Shown here piece by piece: positions 9,677 to 20,236 of a stretch of DNA of 64,000 nt (within the stretch, counting starts at the first letter, position 1; every line of letters starts with the position of its first letter). The position numbers were made by a program, and so were the translations under genes. The notes beneath the pieces are model-generated. The model was not told the DNA's origin. It was given only the letters and a program-made list of their open reading frames with translations, and searched no databases. Location of the stretch: the IMG/VR virus record IMGVR_UViG_3300029915_000005, one strand, 5' to 3'. This DNA comes from a virus.

Positions 9677-10861
9677 ATGTCAACACCATTATTGGAAAAT
9701 CGTTGGGCTGATACAAAAGCTGCCCTGCTCGAAGGACTTCAAGGTAATCGTAAGTCAGTTATGAGTACAGTCCTAGAGAACACTCGCAAATATTTGTCAG
9801 AAAGTGCAACAACTGGTTCTACTACTGCTGGCAATATTGCTACACTAAATCGCGTAATTCTGCCTGTAATTCGTCGAGTTATGCCAACAGTTATTGCCAA
9901 CGAACTTGTTGGTGTTCAGCCAATGACTGGACCAGTTGGACAGATTCAGACTTTGCGTGTTCGTTATGCACAGACTGATAATGTTACTGCTCCTTATCCT
10001 TGGAATACTGGAACTACAGCAGGAGATGAAGCATTAAGCCCATTCAAGATTGCAACAGCTTACTCTGGTAGTGCATCTACTGGTATGGCTGATTATACAG
10101 CTAATCTTGAAGGACAAGCTGGTAATAAAATTAACGTTCAAATTCTACGTCAGACAGTTGAAGCCAAGAGCCGCAAGCTATCTGCCCGCTGGACATTTGA
10201 AGCAGCACAAGATGCACAAGCAATGCACGGCATCGATGTGGAAGCTGAAATTATGGCTGCTCTTGCTCAAGAAATCACTGCTGAAATCGACCAAGAAATC
10301 ATTGGTTCATTGCAAGCACTTTCTGGAACAGATCAGACTTATGATCAGTCTCTAGTTTCTGGAACTGCAACTTATGTTGGTGACGAACATGCTGCTCTAG
10401 CAGTTATGATTAATCGTGCAGCTAACTTAATTGCACAACGCACTCATCGTGGCGCTGGCAACTGGGCAGTTGTAAGTCCAACAGCATTAACAGTATTGCA
10501 AAGTGCAACAACTTCAGCTTTTGCAAGAACCACTGAAGGAACATTTGAAGCACCAACAAATACAAAATTAGTTGGCACATTAAATGGATCAATGAAAATT
10601 TATGTAAATGGATATGCTCCAGATTCTCAGCCAGTGCTTGTAGGTTATAAAGGCGCTTCTGAGTCAGATGCAGCAGCTTTCTATTGTCCATATATTCCAT
10701 TGATGAGTTCTGGAGTTGTTCTTGATCCAGTCACATTCGAGCCAGTAACTAGCTTCTTGACTCGTTATGGATACGTTGAATTAACTAACAGCGCAAGTTC
10801 TTTGGGTAATGCTGCTGACTATCTCAGCAGTATCAACGTGGCAAATCTTTCATTTAGCTAA
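9677..10861 (+). CDS. gp23: Major capsid protein (T4 gp23-like)
   Basis: GVQPMTGPVG, VEAKSRKLSARWTFEAAQD, FYCPYIPL, TRYG motifs. Confidence 0.97.
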   Translation: MSTPLLENRWADTKAALLEGLQGNRKSVMSTVLENTRKYLSESATTGSTTAGNIATLNRVILPVIRRVMPTVIANELVGVQPMTGPVGQIQTLRVRYAQTDNVTAPYPWNTGTTAGDEALSPFKIATAYSGSASTGMADYTANLEGQAGNKINVQILRQTVEAKSRKLSARWTFEAAQDAQAMHGIDVEAEIMAALAQEITAEIDQEIIGSLQALSGTDQTYDQSLVSGTATYVGDEHAALAVMINRAANLIAQRTHRGAGNWAVVSPTALTVLQSATTSAFARTTEGTFEAPTNTKLVGTLNGSMKIYVNGYAPDSQPVLVGYKGASESDAAAFYCPYIPLMSSGVVLDPVTFEPVTSFLTRYGYVELTNSASSLGNAADYLSSINVANLSFS

Positions 10862-10874
10862 TAAACAGTAATAT

Positions 10875-10912
10875 AAAATAAAAGCCTCAGGGAAATCTGA
10901 GGCTTTTATTTT
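10875..10912 (+). terminator. Intrinsic terminator after capsid gene
   Basis: aaagcctcag-ggaaat-ctgaggcttttatttt. Confidence 0.85.
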
Positions 10913-10945
10913 ATTCAGAAAAGAAATCACAGTAGCTTTAGCTCT

Positions 10946-11374
10946 GTGGATGAATTTTCTGTTGCAATTAATATAAATCGAGAAGGACTTAGAATAATAG
11001 GGATGGAATGTCCCAAATATACACTTGTGGAGATACCACCGCTGGGCAATATTGATGAAAATCAATCTTGTAAGTATGTGTCAGAGAAACAGGAAGCAAA
11101 CTGCCTTAGTATGTGTGATTCACACAGCAATACATCCAAATGAAAAATATTGTGTACTTGTGGGTCTGGGAAATTACGAAAATATATTTCTCTTTCTAAA
11201 AGATTGTCGTTTTGCGAAAAAGCCAATTTTTTCTACTCTGCTAAAGAATGTATCAGCAAAAAATGTATTGAAGCTGCAAAATTGTGAGACAAAGAACTTG
11301 CAAAAACACGACGAGCAAAAACTAATTTAATAAAATATGGGGTTAAAAATAGCAGGCAAGATGCTTGGCTATGA
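10946..11374 (+). pseudogene. Decayed homing endonuclease remnant
   Basis: Broken frames encode CTCGSGKLRKYIS and AKTNLIKYGV, similar to the N-terminal Cys region and KTxxxKYG repeats of the intact endonucleases in this window. Confidence 0.5.
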
Positions 11375-11404
11375 AATAGATAAATATATAAGAGGATTAA
11401 ATAA

Positions 11405-14185
11405 ATGAAGAAGTTACTTATTTTTTCAGCAATATTATCATTAATTACATTACCTTCAATATTTCTTGGTCAGCAAGTTCAGGCTCCTGGTGGAGTAAAT
11501 TTTGGTAATAAAAATATACTTACTGAAATATCTGGAAATGGTGTGCCAACAGGTAGTTGTTCATATAGAGCCCGATATATTCAATTGGATGCTGTAGCAG
11601 GAGCTAACTCTTGGGAATGTATTAACGGAGGATGGGTAAATCAAGGAGGAAGCAGCAGTAGTGGCGTAGCCAGTGTAACGGCTATATTACCTCTTTTAGT
11701 CAATGGTGGCGCTGGCCCAGTCACTGGAGCAGCTACTGTGTCCTGCCCTACGTGTGGTGGAGGTAGTGGGGGTGTTCCCAGTGTCAATGGAATCACCAGT
11801 GCAGTGACTATTCTGGCTGGAGCAAACATGGGCGTAGCTACAGTCGGCGACAACATCACTCTTAGTAGTACAGGCGGCGGCGCGGGTGTTCCCAGTGTCA
11901 ATGGAATCACTAATGCGGTGACTATTCTGGCTGGCGCGAACATGGGAGTAGCTACAGTTGGCGACAACATCACGCTTAGTAGTACAGGCAGCGGAGGGGG
12001 TTATATATTGCCTCCTGCAACTACATCTACTTTGGGAGGAGTAAAAGCAGATGGTGTTACAACAACTGTGGCAGTCGATGGTACTATATCTTCAACTAGT
12101 GGCTTATATACTATTCCAGTAAACACAAATGTATTGGTCGGATTTGATTCTAGAAATTTAGTGTCAACAACATGCCAAAGTACTGGGCTGTCCGTATCTG
12201 GAGATGGCTCAATTACATCAGGAAGTATTGCAGGAGGAGTGTTCACAGCCACTTCAATTAACAACGATATTCCTGGAACCATTTTAACTCTGAGCCAGTT
12301 TACAGGTGCAGCATCAGTATTGAACGGCCAAGTAATTACTCTATTACCAACTCCTACTCCTACCAGTTTTACTGCTAATGTGACTGGAATTACTACTCTC
12401 AGCAGCACAGGAAGCGGCATGTCTGTCTGTACAAATATAGTACCAACGCAACTTAGTCGGGAGCCTGTTGCATCTCATGCAAATGTAATAAACGTATCAT
12501 CAGGAAATTATACTACTACGATGTTTATTGCCAACTTTGCATCCATAGTAGGACCCTACTATCCGTCTGTCACTGGAAAGCCAGCTTTAGCAATACTACA
12601 AGGCGGCGCGTTCGATGCACTTAGTTGTGATACAGCAGCAAGTATCGAGGCAAATCTACAGACAATTTGGGGTCTTTATCATTCACAAGGAATTCCTGTT
12701 ATGCAATCAACTCTCATTCCAGTACAGATTAATGATTTCTGTCCTGTTGCTCAGATGACTATTTACCAAGTAAATAATTGGCTTAAAACTCAGGGACCCA
12801 CCCAAGTTGCCACTGGTAATTCATCTTGGGATAACTTAGTCGATCTTGGGGGATTAATATGGGATCCATATAACCCATTGTTCATGCTTCAAACAGGAAC
12901 AGTTGATCATCCTACTGATGCAGGAGCATCTAGAATTGCTGATGCTCTTAATGCTGGAATTGCTAATCCAGGAAGTATGGCTAATATTCCAGGGGGTGTT
13001 ATTATTGTAAGTGCAGTAGAACAAGGCTCGTATTATCAAGGATTCCAATTAATTGATCCTCCAAATAACGGGTCAATGATGATCTTTCCTGCTGGAGATG
13101 GTAGCACAGGGACAAGTATTGACGGCTGGGGTGAGTTGGTCAATGATTTTCTTTTTGATTTCTTAGCTATTCGACCTTCCTACACTGCTAGGGTAATGCC
13201 AAGTTCACTTGGTGCTTATGGTTTTGCAAATAGTGTAAGCGGTCGATTGGATAATTTCCCTCCTTCTTTATGCATGATGGCTGATTCCAGTATGAATGGA
13301 ATATTTAGTTTTGGCTGGTCTGGAGGATATGGAAATGACTGTGTGCCATTTGCTAAGAATGCTGGTATGGGATTTGGATACTGGTATGGTCCTGCTACTG
13401 CTCCTACTGGCGCTTGTAATACTTCAGTTACATCTCCAATAGGATCTTGGATTTCAAGCCGTGATGGAAAATTGACTTACTGTAATAGTTCCAGTGTTTA
13501 TCAAGATGAAACTCCTGGTTCAACTATATCTGGAGTATCTTCAATTATTCCATCAAGAGGAATCATTTGCAGTCCTTTGGATTTGGTATCAGGTACATGT
13601 AGTGGTGTTGTAACTTTAAGCAGCTCATCTCCTTCTATCAGTTATGGCGTGGGTGCTCCTACAGCTTTTATTGGAACTCACTCATATTGGCGTGTAACTG
13701 TGGACGCAGTACGTGGTTCTTTTGCTGTGATTGGAGAGTTACAATTTAGAGAAGTTTCAGGAGTAAACGAAATTCCAGTAGGTGGCTCTCCTATCGAAAG
13801 CAGTGAATATAGCAGTGGTTGGAGTGATGTTTTGGCTTACGATGGTGACTTTACAACAGGTTGGGCGCCTACAACCACAATAAGTGAGTGGATTGGATAC
13901 CATTTTGGAACAGCTAGGAGCGTTTCTCAACTAGCCATCGCTCCAATGACTGGGCGCGAGTCTGATGTTCCTTCTGGATTTACTGTATCTTTTTCAGATG
14001 ACAATGTGGCGTATACCAATGTTTTGTCAGAAACCAGCGTGCCAATTGGAATCACTGGAGTATTTAATACATATACAATTCCAGGAGGAACTCCCAACAA
14101 TGAAAATGATATATATTACGATACAAGTGGCGCATCTTATATTATGTATGTATTTCATTTAGGAGCATGGCATCAAATAAACTAA
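11405..14185 (+). CDS. Fibre/adhesin-like protein with signal-peptide-like N-terminus, SGNH hydrolase-like domain and C-terminal discoidin-like domain
   Basis: MKKLLIFSAILSLITLP; G/S/T-rich repeats; YILPPATTSTLGGVK fibre motif; GFDS...DHPTDAG; YWRV...AYDGDFTTGW...EWIGYHF. Confidence 0.6.
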   Translation: MKKLLIFSAILSLITLPSIFLGQQVQAPGGVNFGNKNILTEISGNGVPTGSCSYRARYIQLDAVAGANSWECINGGWVNQGGSSSSGVASVTAILPLLVNGGAGPVTGAATVSCPTCGGGSGGVPSVNGITSAVTILAGANMGVATVGDNITLSSTGGGAGVPSVNGITNAVTILAGANMGVATVGDNITLSSTGSGGGYILPPATTSTLGGVKADGVTTTVAVDGTISSTSGLYTIPVNTNVLVGFDSRNLVSTTCQSTGLSVSGDGSITSGSIAGGVFTATSINNDIPGTILTLSQFTGAASVLNGQVITLLPTPTPTSFTANVTGITTLSSTGSGMSVCTNIVPTQLSREPVASHANVINVSSGNYTTTMFIANFASIVGPYYPSVTGKPALAILQGGAFDALSCDTAASIEANLQTIWGLYHSQGIPVMQSTLIPVQINDFCPVAQMTIYQVNNWLKTQGPTQVATGNSSWDNLVDLGGLIWDPYNPLFMLQTGTVDHPTDAGASRIADALNAGIANPGSMANIPGGVIIVSAVEQGSYYQGFQLIDPPNNGSMMIFPAGDGSTGTSIDGWGELVNDFLFDFLAIRPSYTARVMPSSLGAYGFANSVSGRLDNFPPSLCMMADSSMNGIFSFGWSGGYGNDCVPFAKNAGMGFGYWYGPATAPTGACNTSVTSPIGSWISSRDGKLTYCNSSSVYQDETPGSTISGVSSIIPSRGIICSPLDLVSGTCSGVVTLSSSSPSISYGVGAPTAFIGTHSYWRVTVDAVRGSFAVIGELQFREVSGVNEIPVGGSPIESSEYSSGWSDVLAYDGDFTTGWAPTTTISEWIGYHFGTARSVSQLAIAPMTGRESDVPSGFTVSFSDDNVAYTNVLSETSVPIGITGVFNTYTIPGGTPNNENDIYYDTSGASYIMYVFHLGAWHQIN
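11771..11992 (+). repeat. Two tandem 114-bp (38-aa) repeats
   Basis: GVPSVNGIT(S/N)AVTILAGANMGVATVGDNITLSSTG starting at 11771 and 11885. Confidence 0.9.
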
Positions 14186-14392
14186 CTTAGTATGCATCAG
14201 TAACTATAACTGATCTAGTTACTGATGCGTAACTGGCGCACTATCCAATTTATAATGTAACAGTGTTTTAGATAGAATTATTTACTTTACAACCAAAAAT
14301 TATATAAATTGATAAATACTAATGACTAATAAATATTAGTTTTATGAAGTAAGTAATCTTCGTAGGGAGTAGAACTCCAAAGAGGTAATATA

Positions 14393-15277
14393 ATGGGTCG
14401 CCCGTTAAAAAGACAAAAATATTTTGATCACGTTGATGCAAATAAAACCAATGTAGTTCATCAAATTCAATCAACAACTTGGGGACCAGCAGATTCATCT
14501 GCGCTTCCTGGTTATTTAACAAAGCAAAATAGCACAAATAGATTCCGTGCTCATACAGTCAATGGAAATAGTTTAACCACTCTTTCTAATGGGACACCCA
14601 CTTCTGCTGGTTATTCAGCAGTTAAAGTTTTTCCAGTTGGGTCAGATCCTGTTGTTTATGCAAATGCTACTGCAAAGTTAAAAATTATTAATGCTACAGT
14701 GGTAAATGGTGGAAATAATTATCATGCTAATGATGTTCTAAGTGTTTCTGGTGGAACATTTGGTAATTCAGCAACAATAACAGTCAATTCAGTGTTTGGT
14801 AATAGTGCTGTAAATGCAATCACTCTAAATGCTGTGGCAAATCAAGGATATTCTGCTTTGCCAGCAAATATTGCTGGAGTTGCAACTGTTGATACAACCA
14901 ATGCAAATGGAATTGGAGCAATATTCAGCGTTAATTTTGGTCTTGAAAGCGTGAATGTTGTTTCTGGTGGAAACAATTATTCCAGCGCAACTCTAGTATT
15001 TCCAGGATCCCAAACAGCCCCAACAGTTACTTCATTTGTTGTTGCTGGATCACTTGTTAACAACGTAGCTGTGAATACACCTGGAGTTATCAATGTTAAC
15101 CCAACTGTTACTGTTGAAGGAACATCAGGAACAACTGAATATGTTAAACAGATTCAATCTGAACACCAAGTTCTTACGTTCGGAGGAAATGTATATAATT
15201 GGTTGCCAAAAGGAGTAACTCCTCCTGCTGATTATGCAAATCTTAACATTAAATTGGCTTACTTAGACACTTTGTAA
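14393..15277 (+). CDS. Probable virion structural protein
   Basis: Late promoter and SD GAGG upstream; beta-rich with repeated V-x-x-GGNNY. Confidence 0.6.
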   Translation: MGRPLKRQKYFDHVDANKTNVVHQIQSTTWGPADSSALPGYLTKQNSTNRFRAHTVNGNSLTTLSNGTPTSAGYSAVKVFPVGSDPVVYANATAKLKIINATVVNGGNNYHANDVLSVSGGTFGNSATITVNSVFGNSAVNAITLNAVANQGYSALPANIAGVATVDTTNANGIGAIFSVNFGLESVNVVSGGNNYSSATLVFPGSQTAPTVTSFVVAGSLVNNVAVNTPGVINVNPTVTVEGTSGTTEYVKQIQSEHQVLTFGGNVYNWLPKGVTPPADYANLNIKLAYLDTL

Positions 15278-15291
15278 ATAATTGTGATAAT

Positions 15292-15326
15292 TTTATAGGC
15301 ATGAATAAATTATTCATGCCTATAAA
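15292..15326 (+). terminator. Intrinsic terminator hairpin
   Basis: tttataggcatgaat / attcatgcctataaa. Confidence 0.75.
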
Positions 15327-15362
15327 TTTGTTTTTATATAAATAACATTAGAGGGTATAATA

Positions 15363-15734
15363 ATGTCAGACTCTAATGTTACGGTAACCACATCTGCAAC
15401 ACTATCAGAAACAACTTCAACAGCAAATATAGCTGAAACAGATGATAATGGCGTTGAAGTTTATAATCCATCTATAAACAATTGGGATAAAAGATTCTGG
15501 CGTTCAGTAGTTTCAGTCCCAAATGGCACTGGAAGCACTTCAAAAGTAGCTACATTATCTATAGTATGGATAACATTAGGGATTTTGATTTATCTTATTG
15601 CAATAACTCATGGTATACCAGATCATATAATGCTATTGAGTTATTTTAGTAGTTTGCTTATCTGTGTAATTTATAGCCCAGCAAAAATTATTGAATTATT
15701 ACAACTACGATTTGGTAATGGAAGTAAAAAATAA
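15363..15734 (+). CDS. Small membrane protein with two TM helices (holin-like candidate)
   Basis: Two hydrophobic segments, basic C-terminus, TATAAATA upstream. Confidence 0.45.
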   Translation: MSDSNVTVTTSATLSETTSTANIAETDDNGVEVYNPSINNWDKRFWRSVVSVPNGTGSTSKVATLSIVWITLGILIYLIAITHGIPDHIMLLSYFSSLLICVIYSPAKIIELLQLRFGNGSKK

Positions 15735-16154
15735 TTATTTGGAAAATAAGCTTTCAGCTAATTGAATTTTTTCTTTGATGGTAGCAATTGATAACGAATT
15801 AAAAAGTCCAGGATGCAAAGGTTTCGGGAATTTTTCTAATGCAGTCCAACAATAACCATCATGCTCACTATTTAAAGTAGGAATAAATTCCCTTTCAATA
15901 ATAAAAATGAATGAATGATATCTAAATTCTTCATCAAAACTAGTAAATGTTTCTAGAGGAATATATTTTTCTATTTCTGGAATACTTCCCAATTCTTCAA
16001 GCAATTCTCGATTTAATCCAACAATAGTATTTTCATCTAGATTTAATTTTCCACCAGGCAACCCCCAAGTCCCTCTTGTTTTCGTATTATTGCGAAGAAG
16101 GAATAAAAATCGTTTTGTTGATTTTGAATAGAAGAGTGCTCCAGCAGCAATCAT
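15735..16154 (-). CDS. NUDIX hydrolase
   Basis: Nudix box GGKLNLDENTIVGLNRELLEELG. Confidence 0.9.
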   Translation of the reverse strand: MIAAGALFYSKSTKRFLFLLRNNTKTRGTWGLPGGKLNLDENTIVGLNRELLEELGSIPEIEKYIPLETFTSFDEEFRYHSFIFIIEREFIPTLNSEHDGYCWTALEKFPKPLHPGLFNSLSIATIKEKIQLAESLFSK

Positions 16155-17497
16155 TAGATTATTAATCTCCAGTTTTCAGCAGTATAGGGACCGTTCCATC
16201 CATTCACCCATGCATTTCCATTCCATTGAATTTGAGAACTGGTATTATTGTCGTATACAAACTGAATATTTCCAATATTGTTATTGGCAGAAAAGGTAGT
16301 GATCCATGAATTTCCATTATAACTTATAATATCATTGACTTTTGCAGATGCGTTACTATTTACAGTATTATATGGCCAATTTGTCCCAATATCACTAGTT
16401 AGTAAATAACTTTGGCCAATGTTAGCATTGGGCAATCCAATATTTGGTGCTTCACTTTCAGGATTTATAATTGCAGTAATTGCTGGCAAAGTGTTTATTG
16501 GCAAAGTTGCTATATTGGCGTTGAAAAGAACAATTGTAGAATCAGAAGGATTAACAGTTATGGTTCCAATAATTTCATTTGTGTCTCCAGCATAAGTTAA
16601 CCCAATTTCTGATACCCCTTGTCTAATATTTCCATAAACTCCAAGAATTCCATTCCAATCCAACGGCTGTCCGTAGACTCCAGCCACATTGGATGAATTG
16701 ACTCCTTGATTAAGAATTCTTATTTGATTATTATTTACAAACAGTCCATAATTATTGTATGTTACTACTTGTCTAGTTCCATATACAATATCATTAATTC
16801 CTGCCAATTCGCCAATATTGGAAATAACTTTGAATATAACTCCCATTTTACTAACATGAGCAGGGAGAGTTAACCAAATAGGAGATTCAAATTGTAACGT
16901 ACTTATATCATAAGAAGTGTCATTTCCTTGACCAACTGGAATAGTTCTATTTGACCAAGTGGTATCGTTTAATTCCAAATAACTTAAACTTTCCCAATCT
17001 TCATAATTGTCAGTTTTTTGAATTTCTATTGATGGGTTAAATAATGGCAATATTTGTTCTAAAATTTGTAATTTTTGTTGTGTATTGCTAGTAACAATGT
17101 CGAGACGCACTTCTAATTTATATGGAACAGGCATGAATTTTTTAACTGTGTAAGCATTTCCTTGAGCAGGAAGATAAGTTCCGCAAGCAGGAGAAAATAC
17201 TCTAGTTCTCACTGTAGATGAATCTACATATGTTGGGGTTTGAGTTCTTGGTCTGTCAAATTTTAGATTATTAATGTATATGGAAATCATCGGGATACTA
17301 GGTAAAATATTCTCGCTGTTTAATCTTTGAATTGTCGCTGCTTGTATAGAGCCATCTCCCCATATAACAGGAACAGATGAATATAATTGATTTCCAGATG
17401 CATCCAATCCATATTGCACTTGGAATTCGCTGAATACTCGCATAATCTGCAAAATCCATTTTCTTATTTGGGCTGAATATTGAAAAGTTTGTGCCAT
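16154..17497 (-). CDS. Tail sheath stabiliser / tail completion protein (gp15-like)
   Basis: MPVPYKL, QKLQILEQILPLFNP motifs; follows the neck gene. Confidence 0.8.
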   Translation of the reverse strand: MAQTFQYSAQIRKWILQIMRVFSEFQVQYGLDASGNQLYSSVPVIWGDGSIQAATIQRLNSENILPSIPMISIYINNLKFDRPRTQTPTYVDSSTVRTRVFSPACGTYLPAQGNAYTVKKFMPVPYKLEVRLDIVTSNTQQKLQILEQILPLFNPSIEIQKTDNYEDWESLSYLELNDTTWSNRTIPVGQGNDTSYDISTLQFESPIWLTLPAHVSKMGVIFKVISNIGELAGINDIVYGTRQVVTYNNYGLFVNNNQIRILNQGVNSSNVAGVYGQPLDWNGILGVYGNIRQGVSEIGLTYAGDTNEIIGTITVNPSDSTIVLFNANIATLPINTLPAITAIINPESEAPNIGLPNANIGQSYLLTSDIGTNWPYNTVNSNASAKVNDIISYNGNSWITTFSANNNIGNIQFVYDNNTSSQIQWNGNAWVNGWNGPYTAENWRLII

Positions 17498-17509
17498 TAT
17501 TCCTCAAAT

Positions 17510-18982
17510 TTATATAGATATATCATTTGTCATGGTAGTTGAAGCTAAAAATTGATTAAGTATTGGTTGATAAACAAAAGATTGGCTGCTAAATGTATTG
17601 GGATTTGCGGTAGCTGCATTGGAAGAAATTTCCCCTGCTCCAATAAAATTTGTCGGCCAATTAAATGAATGTTGACCTATACTATCTTGAATAATTATAA
17701 ATGTAAATTCTCTTGGGCATGGATTAATGATTATTGCGTTTGCATCTCCAGTTAGTGTTATGACTTGTATCGATCCAAGAGTTAAGTCAAAAATTGGATT
17801 GGGATAGTAGGGTACAATATTTTCCATTGAAATGTCTCCGTCTTCTGGATAATTTTTCCCAATATTGAAAAGACTGTCCAAAGATTGTAAGATTGGTTCT
17901 GATATATTAGAGTTATTAACAAAAGTATTTGAATTATTTATAAATGTATCTTTTTGAGTTTTTCCTTTTCCTGGAGTTAATTGAGTCCTAACATCTTTAT
18001 TTACAAATTGCCACATACTTCCATTCCATCTAAATAGTCTCGCTGGAAAATAATCTTGGCGAAGAATATATTGTCCAACAGTTGGCGACGGAGGAAATTC
18101 AGTAGCTGGGTAAACTGAATAACCATCAATTGCTTCTCCATTTCCCACCAAATAACCAGTAAATTTTTGTTCAGGACTTGACCCTAATGGCGCTGGACCA
18201 TTTTTGGGATTTCCGCCAATATATAATGGTGCCCATAATGGATTGGTATCATAACCTGACTCAGGAACTTCGTGCTCTGCTTGTTTTATAATGGCAACAT
18301 CCATAGTTTCATATGTATTTATTGAACTACTAATATTACCATAAGTAGTAGTATTTCCATTTATTAACACTGGACTTCCATTCACTCCAATAACTGTTTG
18401 GTTTAAAATATCTGCATATTCTTGAGAATCTACCATTGGAATACATTTAACTCTCCAAAGATGAGGCCACCAATCCCAGCCGTACCCCAATGCACTTTTG
18501 GTAGCATCTTGAATTACATAATATCTTTTTAATGCTACTGGTACAGTTTCGTCGAGGCTATAAAATTCTTTAAGATTGGGAAGTTCCAAAACATCCCCAG
18601 ACATTAACTTTCTTCCAATAGTATTAACCATTTCATTGAGATGAAAAGTAATAAATAATGTTCCAGAAGAAATCATCAATCCCCATTGGCTCAAATCTAA
18701 ATCCAATTCAGAGATAGAATAATGGCATCTCAAACGAAATATATCTTGTCTATATTTTCTATCTCTATTTTCAAGAAACAGCACATCTTGAATATTCTGA
18801 GCACTCAAATTTGGATAGTTAGGTTGAGTTGCATCGTTTGTAACATTGGGATTTTCTGCACCAAGGTATAAATGAATATAAGAATCCACTCCACCAACAG
18901 TGAATTGTTCATTAATTTGTCTATCTAGCCACTTTGAATCAGTGCCATATTTTTCATTTTTCCAACCACTGATTCTTGACAT
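17510..18982 (-). CDS. Neck / head-closure protein (gp14-like) with C-terminal extension
   Basis: IQDVLFLENRDRKY, LSQWGL, GRKLMSGDVLELP; adjacent to gp15-like gene. Confidence 0.7.
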   Translation of the reverse strand: MSRISGWKNEKYGTDSKWLDRQINEQFTVGGVDSYIHLYLGAENPNVTNDATQPNYPNLSAQNIQDVLFLENRDRKYRQDIFRLRCHYSISELDLDLSQWGLMISSGTLFITFHLNEMVNTIGRKLMSGDVLELPNLKEFYSLDETVPVALKRYYVIQDATKSALGYGWDWWPHLWRVKCIPMVDSQEYADILNQTVIGVNGSPVLINGNTTTYGNISSSINTYETMDVAIIKQAEHEVPESGYDTNPLWAPLYIGGNPKNGPAPLGSSPEQKFTGYLVGNGEAIDGYSVYPATEFPPSPTVGQYILRQDYFPARLFRWNGSMWQFVNKDVRTQLTPGKGKTQKDTFINNSNTFVNNSNISEPILQSLDSLFNIGKNYPEDGDISMENIVPYYPNPIFDLTLGSIQVITLTGDANAIIINPCPREFTFIIIQDSIGQHSFNWPTNFIGAGEISSNAATANPNTFSSQSFVYQPILNQFLASTTMTNDISI

Positions 18983-18983
18983 A

Positions 18984-20141
18984 TTATATTACCTCTATCG
19001 TATTTATGGATTTATTTGAAATATATTGTAGTATATCATTTTTGATTTCTTCTTTTTTAGAATTCCAGTCCAATTCCCATATGATCATTAAATCAATTTC
19101 TTTTTCTTTGCACAATTTTGATTTTCGCGCATCTCTTTCCCATATTTTTTGAGCACTTCCCTTGCATTTATTAATATCGTGTTCATTATATTTTCTAGGG
19201 TCCATGTGCCAATAAGTTCCTTGAAATTCAATAGCGAAATTTATATTGGGACAGTAAAAATCAAGTTCAAATTTTTTTAAGGGTTTCCAAGTATTTGATA
19301 CAAATTGTATATTATTTTCATTTAAAAAATTGGAAAGCTCAAGCTCATAACTTGAAGTCCCAGTATCTGTTATAATATTTAAATTATATCGTTTATGATA
19401 ATTGTAAATAGTTACTGGAGTACATCCTAATATTTTTGATAATTTAATAACTCCATATTTTATTAGCATTTTAGTAAAAACATCTTTATTTTCAAGTATT
19501 TTAATAGTTTCTTGAGAGAAATGTTTTTGAGCATAAAAAGAAACTCCATTATTTTCTATACAAGTATCAATTTTTTGTTGTTTAACTTTTGGATTTTTAG
19601 ATGGATTATCATAACCAGAATTTTTCATACAGGTATTTTTGATAATTTTTTGAACTTTTTCTTCTCTCATGGGATGGCCACTAACATAGTTTTTTATAAA
19701 TGTTTCTTTTATTCGAGTTTTGATAATAGAAGATTTTGATGGATTATTGACTCCCCAATTTTTAATAAACTTTTGTTTATTTTCTTCTTTAATTTTTTCT
19801 GATTTTCCAGGATTATCTGTTCCATATTTTTCTAAACAGGTTTCTTTAGTTCTATATTGAATACATTTACAGCCACGTTTACAGCTAAATTTATGTGTCG
19901 ATGGCCTGTATTTTTGTTTATTTCCATATGAACAAATTAATTCAAAATTAGGATTTAAAATTAAAAAAATTTTTGATCCCAAAGAATCATTAAAATTAGA
20001 ATATAAATTATTAATTTCGTCATTTATCCATTTTAATAAATCTTTATGATCATTGTTTCTAATTAAATTAATAAAATATGGAGATTCCTTTTTTAATTTT
20101 AAAATTTCTCCAACAGCATTTTCACGAGTATAAATATTCAT
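18984..20141 (-). CDS. Free-standing homing endonuclease with Vsr/DUF559-like C-terminal nuclease
   Basis: KTCxEKYG repeats; ELDFY...AIEFQGTYWH...IIWE; likely start MNIYT at 20141. Confidence 0.8.
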   Translation of the reverse strand: MNIYTRENAVGEILKLKKESPYFINLIRNNDHKDLLKWINDEINNLYSNFNDSLGSKIFLILNPNFELICSYGNKQKYRPSTHKFSCKRGCKCIQYRTKETCLEKYGTDNPGKSEKIKEENKQKFIKNWGVNNPSKSSIIKTRIKETFIKNYVSGHPMREEKVQKIIKNTCMKNSGYDNPSKNPKVKQQKIDTCIENNGVSFYAQKHFSQETIKILENKDVFTKMLIKYGVIKLSKILGCTPVTIYNYHKRYNLNIITDTGTSSYELELSNFLNENNIQFVSNTWKPLKKFELDFYCPNINFAIEFQGTYWHMDPRKYNEHDINKCKGSAQKIWERDARKSKLCKEKEIDLMIIWELDWNSKKEEIKNDILQYISNKSINTIEVI

Positions 20142-20223
20142 AAGCTGATACTTCTCCATACACAGTATTAGAGTAGTCGAGGACCCCTATTCCTGTGGTC
20201 TGCATTAGTATTTATGGATTTTA

Positions 20224-20231
20224 AATAAATA
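20224..20231 (+). promoter_or_regulatory. T4-type late promoter (example; consensus N-A/C-TAAATA)
   Basis: Same motif precedes many structural genes, e.g. near 3277, 7752, 11378, 14311, 15337, 26526, 30877, 33103, 36261, 41134, 42473, 44291 and on minus at 19001, 61701, 63712. Confidence 0.75.
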
Positions 20232-20236
20232 CTTAT

